This document shows positions 11,493 through 22,914 of a stretch of DNA of 64,000 nt, one piece after another (the first letter of the stretch is position 1; each line of letters begins with the position of its first letter). The notes beneath the pieces were generated by a model, which saw only the letters and a list, made by a program, of their open reading frames with translations, was not told where the DNA came from and did no database searches. The stretch is from Selaginella moellendorffii (Eukaryota > Plantae > Lycopodiophyta), in assembly GCF_000143415.4 (NCBI RefSeq), contig NW_003314398.1:216005-280004 (forward strand), written 5' to 3'. Made by a program: the position numbers and the translations under genes.

Positions 11493-14400
11493 TCAGACTG
11501 TTATTTTTTGCCTCCAACGCCTATACAATAATCTTGGAATTTCATCACTCTCCACACTATCAGGATTTAAACCCAATAGTAATGCCATCTCTTCTCTAAT
11601 ACGTCCACGCTCATGTTCAGTGGTCGAAGAACCCATCCGGTTGAGCAGATTATGGAGATGCGGATAGTGCTTGGCTAGACAATATACATGCCATAAATGA
11701 TGACTGGTGTCTGTCCGATCAAATGGCTTCTGATATACCGTTCCATCTGCCATTTGGTTGATTTCTGCAGCCACCTCCTGGACTAGCCGGTTCTCTATCA
11801 CCATCGCTTCAAGCCGTTTTGCAAGGTCCCCCAGAACATACGGTTTCTTCTCCCTAGTTTCCATACTGCAAGAGATGGGGTGCACTGCATATGTGTGCGT
11901 GTTCGCTGCAGTTTTAATCGGCGAGTCATCGATGATGAGGATTTCACTTGACCTAGCAGTCCGGTTCATCACTACAGCCTCTGCCTTGACGAAGATGGGC
12001 TTGCTACCCCTCACATGGACCATAGTCAAGCAATCCTCCTGCGTTAGGAGAAAGTCAAATGGTAATATTACTCGCGTTTGATCGTGCATCATCTGTAGCA
12101 ACGTTAATGCATTGTGGCGCATCATGGATGTCCAAACTCCCAATTGCAAATTGAACCCGGCCCTCTGTTTTAAGTGTCGCATGGTCATTATTAGATCCCG
12201 CAGTTTCTCCCGTGTGATTAATGTGAATCTGTCTCTTTTGACCAACTTGCGACCGCAGGCTTTGGAGGGTGCAGTGACATTCGAGGACGAGCCACGCTCA
12301 TGGGAGAAAAGGACACCGTTCAGATCAAAAACGATACAGTACTTTCGCCGTGACTCTGAAATGAAATGCGTTAGCATAAAAAATGGTATAAGTCAATTTT
12401 ACCATCTACAATATTAGCGAATGGTGCTCCCGATGGTCGTTCAGAGGGTTTTGGTCGAGGAAACGTGAAGGGCGGAAATACTCTCCTCTGCAATGTGGGG
12501 TCAATCGCATCCGATGGCGTGTGGGCACATGCCATTTCAGCTGTAGACTCTGGTACAACTGGCTCAACAGTGGCATGGGGTGGTTCCGATGGCGTGTGAT
12601 CACACGCCATTTCAGCTGGTGCCTCCGTTGGCAAAGTGGACATGACCGAACAGGCAGCAGGGGCGGTGTAGGGAGGTTCCAACGGCGCGTAGTCAGACGA
12701 TTGGGCACACGTTGGAAATGAGGATACGACCGGCTCGGCGGCTGGGGCGGCCTCATGCGGGTCCAATGGCGCCTGGTCACCGTCAGTTGGATACGTGGAC
12801 AAGATTGACTCAGTGGTATGGGCAGCATCAAGTGGAGCGTGGTCAGCTTGCTTGGCGTTGATATGGATAGTAGCCTCCACCAGCTCTGATGACTCTTGCA
12901 GGCAAGTAGAGTCCACTGGCGGATCCATATGCATGTCCAAATATCTCCCTTTGATTGAGATGGTATCCTCCCTACTGGCTACTAAAAACAAACTCATTAG
13001 CACATTGAATCGACTATACTGTATTTACCATCAACTACTATTGAGGAACTAGGACCGATATCACTTGGGCGCACTGCTGATTCTGAAGGATTGGACATAC
13101 GTTTCGACCCTTGCTTGGCACTATCCTTCCTCGACACTAAAGGCTAGAGTTTGTATCTTAATTCAACTGAATAATCTCTACTTACCATTTCTTCTGCGAC
13201 CTACATGGACAATGTTAGAAATGGTAAAAGGTTAGGAATGGATGTACTATTATTTACCTGATGGTTTGTCTTGTATGACCTTCCTCCGCTGCTCTTTGGC
13301 CACCTCAGGCTGGCCATCATCGTCATCATTGTCATCGTCGTTATTGTGATCGTCACCATTGTGAGGACCATCCAAGTCCTCTTCGTCCTCCTCTTCTTCG
13401 TCCTCCTCTTCTTTGTCCTCCTCTTCGTCCTTCTGCTCTTCCTGCTCATTATCTTTCTCTGGCTCCTCATCCCCCTCTTGCATTTCTTCCATAGGCTGCT
13501 CAGGCTGGATGGCTTGTTCTTCCAGGACCATCTTGGGAAAATCATCTGGCCGAGTCTCCATCTCAAAATACAAGACATCCATAGCCTGTTTTAGTGCGTG
13601 ACCTAGGACCGTATCCTCACCCGACTGTCTTAACATGGTTTCTGCACGTTCTTGCACCCTTCGAAGACGACGAGATGAGAAAAACGTGGCCCTTACTTGA
13701 AAAGCATCCCTCATCCATTGTACCTCTCCATTGAGATTGGGGAAGGGGAGTCCGCCATAGGAATCTGAGTCAGGAGGTGGTGACTGGCTACTTTCACTCA
13801 GCCCTTGATCTGCAATGAATGGCATGAGCACACACGCCATAACCGCGAGGCATTACCTATCATCTTTTCGTTGCCCTTCTTCCTTTTCGAATCAAACGCC
13901 TCTGATCCCGACAACTGTCCAACGTGCTTTCGCTTTTTATGACCACTGTCAGTTTGAGCTTGGCTGGTGCTTGCCTGTTTTGCCTTTGAAGAAGTGTCTC
14001 CTGCAAGGAATGGCATGAGACCACACGCCATTGCAAATATAATTTGTACCTCCTTTTTTCCTATTGCTTGTCTGTTTGTCCTTCTTCGACGCACCACCAG
14101 TGCGCTTTTCAGTCCTCGTGTCTGAATATTCACAACGATCTATAATCAAAATGGCGTGAGGCCTCACGTGACCTTACCTTGTGCAGGTTGTGACCTCGGC
14201 CTAACATCAGTAGCTGTTAACGCCGTTTCAGCATCTGGGGGTGGCCACGCTCCTGCATACAGAGCTTGTGAGATAACATTTAAACTTAAAGTGCGTACTC
14301 ACCAGGTTCGTAGAGAAGATACTGTTTTTCTTTGGCAACTGTAATTATATGCTCCATTGAAGTCACCTCTTCAATGGAGTTTGTCACCGCAACACACGGG

Positions 14401-16864
14401 ACACCCTTGAGTAGTGCGGCTCGAAAGAATAGTCCGCCGCAGTTGTACTCGACAACGCATTTGCCCTTGGAGTCACCCGCTATTGCGTTGAAGACCCAGC
14501 TGAGCATTTCCCATGCTGCACCTGGAGCTTTCTTTGGATTCGAAAGCTCCATAGCCGTCTTCAGTTCCTCAGGCACGGGTAAATTGACCTCCCTCAGATC
14601 AATTCGATCGGCTTTGTTGAACGAAGCTGGGAAGTCACTCCAGTCCCACTCTGCTGCAGGACCAATAACAAGGGCGACTGTGAAGATGCGGACATTCGTC
14701 GGTATCTTCTTCTTAGCCATTATCCCATGGATCTCCCGCATCTCCTTGCCTTTCAACCGAGCCTTCACCTCGTTCAAGGCCTTCCAGAACTTGTGATAGG
14801 ATTCGGAGTCGTAGATCATATAGTGGACTGAAAATTCCACCTCCGCAAGTCCCACCATTAAGTCAATGATGGAGCTGACTTCGTCTGCATGAGTGATCTC
14901 CTCGTTTGTGAAGTCCATCACACAAAAGATGTTCTTGACCTGCTCATCTCCGCGGGAAACGATGCTCCTCCACCTTTGATCCTCATCCGAATTCACGTAT
15001 ACCCGGTAAGGTTCTCGATAGGCCTCTGCTGCGGGGTCGAGCTGTTTCTGAAGCCGGCGGTCGACATCCCTCTTAATGAAATTTGGATACTGATCCAACT
15101 TCTCAGCTTTACTTTTCGTGGCATCCTGCAGCAGATCGATGAACTTGGGGGCCCCCTTCACGTACTCGTCGATGTCTTCATTTGACAAGTCCAGCTCTTC
15201 CATCATCTCTTGCGTGGTGTCGATGCTCACCCTCGCCACGGCCACTTGCTCGAAGATCCAATCCTTCAATAGCGCACGAGCTCTCAGAGTCGTGCACAAG
15301 TCCTCGTATGTCACAATATGGCCGGGAGTCATTTTGGTCTTGTTGAAGACTACCTCACCAAGTAGAAGAGCATTAGCCACTGTTAGAAGGTCGTCGTCGT
15401 CTAGAGACCGCGAGAAACGCAAGGCGTTGAGCTTCAAATCATTGGGCTTCCGGCCGTCCTCCACACCCATTGAGTTTAGCAACTCCCCGTCATGGTACCT
15501 CCTTAGCACATCTACCCATTTGTCAAAAACAACTTTTGTCGCGAGTAGAATGTTATGGATGCTGAGTGTGTCATTGACCCCCAGTGTTTTCGAGAGAAGA
15601 CTCGAGAATTCCTGCAATGGAAATGGCGTGAGGCCACATGCTATGCCACATGCAACGAGGCTTACCTGCCAGGCACTAGTTGCTAGTGCACGTCCTTGTC
15701 CTGGTTTTTGTGGCTTCTTCAGTTGAACCCAGAGCTTCCGTGTTCGTGCCAATGTCTCGTGCAGACCCGATTTGTAGCACGTTTCTTGCTTGACATTCTG
15801 CGCGTGGGAGATGTATATGATAGATCGGAGGGGCGAGTTGCCTTTTATCAGGCGGACAACTCTTGTCTTGAAGACTTTCTTCACCTCCTTGCCCACCATA
15901 ATATCCACAACTATCTGTTGCATCGCCAAGCTAGAATGCTGCTCGGAGACGGCATAGAACCGGATGTTCTGATCGTCCAACACCTTCCTATTGATCAAGT
16001 CTGGAAACCTCGTCTCGCCCTTCATTGTTCGGTAGTAGGGGATCATGTCTGCGATGTCGGGTGTTACTGGACTTGCCAGCATCTTCTGCTTCAGTTTCTC
16101 CACCCACTCATCAGATACTAGCCTGTGGTTGTATTTGCTTTGGATGTCGATACGGCTCATGTCGATTGTATATACTTTGTTGGAATAGTAACAAGTACTA
16201 TTATCTGTGACGATTTTTGCTGCCTCTTCTTGCTCTTTCTGCTCTTTGCGGCTCTTCTTTTTGGTGGGTGTAGTGTTCGAACCCGAGGCAATGGCATCAC
16301 CGAGTAGCTTCTTTTTTGGAGCAGCAGAGTCGGACGTCGGCTTGAGCTTGACCACCCTTTTCTGCTTCGGGGTAGTTTCCAGATCGACCCCCTTCCCCTT
16401 CGCTTCGTGAACTGGAGGCACTCTCAACAGCTCAATGTTGGAATATAGTTTTTGAACATCGCCGTAGGTGAGGTCCGTGGATTCCATGTGATCTTCATAG
16501 ACCCGCACGTCTTTGAAATTGTGGGCCTCCTGGACAACCTCTCCCTAGCTCCCTCTAGGAATTCCTCATAGCCGCTGCCCCCCTCCGGGAAGCCGCTAGG
16601 ATGTGCAAGGTGGATCTTAAAGGCGGATGCTGTCTCTACCACAAGTGCCAGTCCATATTCTTGCATGGAACTGCATGGATCGTCTGTCACTTGGATGAGG
16701 ATCCCCATGCATTCTTTTCTCCCACCATCTGTGTTGTACAGCATCAGATCCTCGCCTTCCATCCCGAAAGTCCAACTGGTGAGCTCCTCCCCCTTCTCTG
16801 CATCCACATTGACAGTGGCTGGAAGAAGAACGCAATTCCTTGCCTGTTCAAAAATGCACAACAA
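11493..16864 (-). CDS. Transposon cargo gene, copy 1: spliced multidomain protein (ParB/Srx-like, MTase-like, acidic and Pro-rich linker, FCP1-like HAD phosphatase); 1-nt frameshift near 16508; true start uncertain
   Basis: Exons ~16843-15666, 15611-14303, 14252-14178, 14121-14050, 14000-13857, 13809-13258, 13200-13186, 13136-13029, 12981-12403 and 12355-11493 join in frame via GT-AG introns of 47-57 nt. The last exon has FCP1/NIF-type motifs IVFDLNGVL, GVWTS, KPIFVK and IIDDSPIK. Confidence 0.8.
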
Positions 16865-18309
16865 TTAGAGCTGACAGATGAAAAGCTAGCAGCTGGAAAT
16901 AACGTGAGGCCACACGCCATTCACCACTGCATCAGATGTCTTGAGGCTGCATCCTAAGATGGCATGAGGCTACACGCCATCTGTAACCGGACTGCACTCG
17001 AGAGCCCAATCGGTGCATGCCAATGTTGCTACTGAATGGCATGTGGCCTCATGCCATTTTCTACTTGGCCTAAAAGACTTACCATTTAAAGCCGAATGGA
17101 GGCGTGATAATCGAGGCCAGACTTGCTGGCGAATGTGCACTATGTGTGCAGCGGATCGTAGCAGCAAGGCTACTCTGCCACTTACAGTTGGAGAGTGGCG
17201 CTGAAATCTCCCGGGATGCCAAGTGGGCTGCGTGTGGGTGGCAGAGTGGGCGGCGGAGTTGGCGGCGAAGTTAGAAACTGGGTGTGTCTTGAAGTGGACG
17301 CCGATGCACACGAGCGCGATGCGAGCGCGAGTGTGATGCAAGCGCGAGTGGACGCCGATGCACACGAGAAACCTGTAGAGAAGGTAGATGAGCGCGAATG
17401 TGAGCGTGATCGTGAGTGGGAGCGCGATGCGAGCGCGAGTACGAAGCAAAATGCAAAACCTAACCTCACACGCGCGAAATGTCACGACGGTTGGTAATCC
17501 CGCCATGTCATCATTCCTCGGACTTGGGCGCCACCATTAATTTCTGGATCGTCGCGCGCATGCATGCACGTGAAATCCAAAAGAAATCCACAACGTCATC
17601 ATTCCTCAGATTGCATGCACGTGAAATCCAAAAGAAAGATCATGATTGGGATATCATTTAATACCCTTGCTATATTTATACCATGCATGATTGGATATTC
17701 CAAAGCATCTTGTATTTCCAAAAATGCCAGATGTTCAGCTAAATAAAGAATGGTATACAAAAAATCCCAAAAAATGCACCAAAAAATGCTCGGTGCCATC
17801 TGGCGTTATCTCTTGAATGGCGTGGGGCCGCATGCCATTTTCAGGGGCACATAGGAGTATATTCCTAGAATATTCTGACGCGCGAGATTTTTTTGAGTTT
17901 TTTGGAGATCCAACCGTTAGATCGCAACTAGATTTTACAGAATGGTATAGAATGTCTTTCTTGATGACCCTGCAAAGAAGCATCTCGATCGGACACCACA
18001 TGAGACCACACAAGCCTTACAATGTTTCAGGGCCATTTGCTATAGATCCGACCGTTATTTTGCTCCAAGATTTTACAGTTTGGTGTGCATTGACCTTTCC
18101 ATCGACACTGCAAAGGGACATCACAATCAGATGTTTGATCACAAGAAACTAACTTCACTAACTCTAGTTTCACCAAGATCTACGTAAGGAGTTATGAAAT
18201 GAAAGGACCCTCTCTATTGAAATGTGTTTATGGTCCTAGGGGCATTGTGACATATCAAAGGATTTTGCATCAAGTTCTGTATTTGCATGTTTATCAAGCT
18301 ACTGAATTG

Positions 18310-18336
18310 CTAAACCCTAAACCCTAAACCCTAAAC
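18310..18336 (+). repeat. Short interstitial plant telomere repeat (CCCTAAA)n / telo-box array
   Basis: CTAAACCCTAAACCCTAAACCCTAAAC; one unit longer in copy 2 at 38746-38779. Confidence 0.85.
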
Positions 18337-19311
18337 ATGTGGCAAATGCTGCATGAAGAAAGATGCCCTTTCTGGGCAAATGCTGTAAGAGGCAGATGCC
18401 GAGCAGATGTATCTCAGGCTAGCGAAGGGGACAAACGAAAGCTAGCTATAAACATGATGGGATGCAAATAGATTACTAGGCTAGTCCTGCAAAAATCAAA
18501 AACCATAATTGAAAACATTGAAAATGCAAAAAGAAAGGTTTATAATATTTTTGAATTTTAAGCAACCAAAGGAATGTTAGGGCATGTGTTTGTAAGTTTA
18601 AAAATGCCTCAACCACTTAAATTCCCAAGTAAATAAAGCTGTTTCTATTTTTGGTACAGGTAAACTTTATAGCGTGTGGGCTCATGCAATTTTGAACCCA
18701 AAAATGCACCTAAAAATGCTCGAGTAGCATTATTCTTTGAATGGCGTGTGGCCTTATATTGCCATAAATGGACGTACACACACAGCATAATTATTCCTTT
18801 ACACGGCGAATAATCTTGGCGTGGATCGCTGATATGGCATGGCAAAGTTCGAATCACTGACATGGCACAACTGGATCAAGGCAAGGACATGATGTGACAT
18901 GGTGTTGCGAGCGGCGCTACGAGTAGTTGCGGTGTTGCGAGCGGCACTGTCTTTGGTGTGGCTACCGCTTCCTCTTGATATTCGGCACTTGTGCTTCCTG
19001 GTATGTTCACCATGGAATGGCTTAGGACCACATTTAGAAATGGCATGAGGCCACATGCCATCTTGGGCCCTTGCAATTTCATGGCTAGCGTATTGTCATG
19101 TATGTTTTTACTTGCCTACAGCTGTGTGTATATCAAGATGGCATGAGGCCTCATGCCAATTTTGTGAATGCGAAATTTCACGTGGGTGTCAATAGCATGT
19201 TTGAATAATGGCATGTGGCCTCATGCTATTGAGGTTGTTTGGTATGTTATGATTTAGGCCATTCTCCAATCATTTTTTGTATGGTCTTAACTTCTTTTTT
19301 GCACTTTCAGA

Positions 19312-22300
19312 ATGGCCTTCACGGTTGGGGAAAAGGTTTACATTTTGAATGGTGGGAAAAGAGTTGCAAAAGGGACCCTTGTGTCTATGGATCGGAACTT
19401 TGTTATACACTGTCAAAGGCTTGGGGAAGGCAATGCTGCTGTATCAATAGAGACTGTCTTCGATGGGAATGTGGTTGCTATTGAACGAGGAGAGATGGTC
19501 GTCGGGGTAAATGTTGTTGTTGCCTTGAAAAATCTTCAGAAGAAAGCAGATGTTGGGGACAGCGCAAGTGCGACGCATGTTCCCTCCGTGGATCTTAAGA
19601 ACCGTGCTACATGGATTCAGGCAAAAGTGTTTCTAAACAACCCCGAGGGGGAGGTGGTAGCTGAGGGCTTAGCCACAGTTGTCGATCCAAGAGATGCGGT
19701 TGCTAATCAAGAATTGGGCTGGGATGATATTGGAGTTGCGATTTTAGAGGTTGTTGACACAGAAGAAAACAGTCTGACTATTGGAAGCATTGTGCGGTGG
19801 AAATTGAGGCACTTAGTGTTTGAGAATGTGAAGGATTCACAATCAAACACCACTACAACTGATGACAGAACATCTCTTCATGGGAAAAGAAAGTACACCT
19901 TCCTAAAGCGCAGCCAAAGGGATCTGAGCAACGAACCGAAAAGGCAGAAAATGGCGATGGAGGTTCAAATGGTCTCGACAGTTGCTTGTTGCAAGAGGAG
20001 GTGCTGTCAACATGCTGATTGGGATGCTATTGAAGAGGAGAAAGCAAGATACAAGACATTGTCCTGGAAGGCAGCTCGCAATTTTGTGTATGAGGCATTA
20101 CGGTCATCTGTTGATGCTTCAGAACATCAGGTGGGGGGCATGGTCTTCCAGAGGGGTTTGGTCTGCAAGAAGGCATGGAGAATCATTTATGGAGTCCCTC
20201 GAACCACATTCTACACAATCAAAACTGAGTTCGAGGAACAAAGGGTTCAACAGGCAGTCCATGGGAACGACGGTACGCACAAAACCAGGGGTCATGTTGT
20301 ATATGGAGAGGCAATCTTCAAGAGGTTTGTCGAGACATGTAGCGAGCAGCAACCACATAAAACCCGCCTCTTGGAAGATGGAACACGAGACACCCAACGA
20401 GTTCTCCCTTCCATGTATACCAAGGGGGCCATATTGGAAGATGTGAATCGGGAACTCCAGAGTAATGGCTACAGGAAGCTGAGCCAATCTAGATTTAGTA
20501 GATTGTGGAGCAACAGGTTCAAGGATGTGAGTATAGGAAAGTACTCCAGCTTTTCAAAGTGTGACGAGTGCACTGCTATCAAAATGGCTTTGTCGAAGAA
20601 TTCTTGCAGCGCTCAAGAGCGAGAGACGTTGGTTAGAAGGCGGCTCGACCACAACATCGAGCAGAGAAGCTGCAGGACTGCATATTATCATAACAGGATT
20701 CTCTCCATGGAGAGACCTGACTCTTACCTCTGCATCATCCACGACAAAATGGACCAGAAAAAGACGTGCTTACCTCGACTCAATCCTGCCCCCAAGGCAA
20801 TCTCTTCATCCATGCAGCTGCCTGTGTCTCTGTTTGGCATAATCGCTCATGGGCATGGTGCCCAGAACTATGGGAACTTCTTTGTACCTCTATGTGCAAA
20901 CATGATGATTGCGTCCCTAGCAAAACACTTAAGGTCTCTGCAAAGTGCGCAGACTGAGCTGAACGGCCAACCCTTGCATAAGGCCCTTGTCAATCGAACC
21001 CCATACAGGGTTCAGCTGGAGGAGGAGCAAAGGCTTGCAGTATCGCGTGGGGCCCCATGCCATCCCAGTGAATATGTTGGCCGTCAGATTGTAGGGTTAT
21101 CACGTGAGGCCTCATGCCATTCCGACGAGGCTGGTCGCCCGGTGAATGCACAGCCTCATCCAAACGAAGCAGAATCTCAAGGAAGTTCTTGCGGCCGATG
21201 TGGCCTTCCACCCCATCTTCTGCTCCAAACAGACAATGCTGGCAGTGAGAACAAAAACATGTACGTCTTCGCGTACTTGGCGATGCTTGTTGCCAAAGGC
21301 ATATTTGAAACGGTTACACTTGGCTTTCTCATGGTTGGGCACACTCATGAAGACGTCGATGCCATGTTCAGTCACCTGGCAGAGTCCCTCCGGCGATCCA
21401 ATGTCCTCACCCTCCCACAACTCTACGATGAATTCCAAAATTGCATCAAAGGCACTGTTGAAGCTGCACTTCTGACAGAGGTTCCAGACTTTAAGGGGTT
21501 TGTAAGAGGCTACATCAGGGATGGATCCGAAACGCTGATTGGCCACTCCAAGCCTCTTCAGTTTCATTTCAGCATGCGTGACAGTGCTCCAATGATGAGG
21601 TACAAGATGAGAGAATGGGACACAGTGTGGCTGCCAGTGGACGGCATTGAACTCTTCAAGAGAGATCCCATAACTGGGGAACCTATGATTCCTCAGGGTT
21701 CCCCACGGCCGATGCACCCGGATGGACTCAAAGACCAGGAAAGTATAGTGGCCGGGATTAGACAGCATATTGCCTTCTGGAAGAGGGGGTTGGTGTTTGG
21801 TGGAGAATCCTATTTTCAGAGGTGCAAGCCTTTGCTCGAATACTGGGAGAAGATTATATCTGCTATCCAAAATGGGCCGGTTGTATATGAAGAATTGGAA
21901 GAGTCCTTTTGGCCAGAACCCAGAGCACCAGATAGTAGCGGAACAATGTCCTCTGGAAATGCAGTGACAGATAACGATGTTGAGGATCACTATTGTGGGC
22001 CGAGGAACAAGAAGCCGGATTCAGCATTCAATCCAGTACAGGTCTGCAAAGGAATGGTCGTGCTTGTCAGACCCAGTAATAAAAAACAAATGATATGGGT
22101 GGGGCGCTGCATCACTGATGCAGAGGAGGACGCGGAAACTAACTCCTTCAATGTAACTGTGGAGTGGTTCAAGCCAAGTTCCGGATATACGAAGGATTGC
22201 CTAGAAAAGAGATAGGTGCTGAATCCAAGGGATCCCAGCATGAGCATATCGGTGGATAATGTTGTGCATGGTTGGATGCGGAAGCAGAGTGCCACCATCA

Positions 22301-22441
22301 CCTTGCCAGACCATGCAAGAGATGCAGCAAGAGCATTCATAACTCGGGTTCAAGGTGAGATTCATTAATATTCCTTTACAAAGTTTCTAATGTATTTTAT
22401 TTCAAGGTGAACAATCCGAATCTGAATCAGAGGAGGCTTGA
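19312..22441 (+). CDS. Sola-like DDD transposase, copy 1 (967-aa ORF to TAG at 22213-22215; frame continues to 22354, intron 22355-22406, stop at 22441)
   Basis: CDEC..H zinc motif and the triad motifs IIHDKMDQKKT.LP (20734+), LQTDNAGSENKN (D at 21232) and FLMVGHTHEDVD (21337-21360), resembling Sola-type DN..NKN / GH....D cores. Located inside TIRs. Confidence 0.85.
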
Positions 22442-22656
22442 TATAGTGTGTGAGGTAAAACAAAGATGATGTGACATATGCATTTACCAATCACACGTGC
22501 ATAAATCTAATAATATGGCGTGTGGCCCATATTAATGGCACATAAACCCATATTGTGGGCTTACGTGCTTTATGTACCATCATTCCCTTGCAGCGTGTGT
22601 GTTGGTTTCCTTTTATAACACAACGAACTCCATATTTTAGGGTGAAGAGCGTTCTC

Positions 22657-22914
22657 ATGGCAAGCACAAAATTTGTAAGTGAGGCAGAAAAGGAGACGGA
22701 GAAGGAGATAGGTGAAGATGTAGAATATATAAGTCTTCCAAACTTCCCGTACTATACTCCAGGTGATCATTTTTCTGAACAAACGGCAACATTAACAACT
22801 ATCGAGAACGCCCCAGTAACGTCAGAGACAACAATCCAAAGCAAAACAACTGACCCGGAGAAGGATGATAGTACCGCTGAGAGTACCAAAAAGGAGGTGT
22901 CCACTAGCGCTTAG
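22657..22914 (+). CDS. Small Ser/Thr/Glu-rich ORF of unknown status inside the transposon
   Basis: ATG 22657 to TAG 22914; open in both copies (33712-33969 minus); nearby splice-like sites; no recognisable domain. Confidence 0.25.
   Translation: MASTKFVSEAEKETEKEIGEDVEYISLPNFPYYTPGDHFSEQTATLTTIENAPVTSETTIQSKTTDPEKDDSTAESTKKEVSTSA

Noticed and set aside
18310-18336. Telomere or chromosome-fusion scar
   Set aside because: Only 3-4 units, internal to a transposon and duplicated with it.
21112-21990. 292-aa antisense ORF and other ORFs opposite the transposase, cargo gene and P450
   Set aside because: Shadow ORFs without motifs; the equivalent in copy 2 is broken by a stop that is synonymous in the transposase frame.
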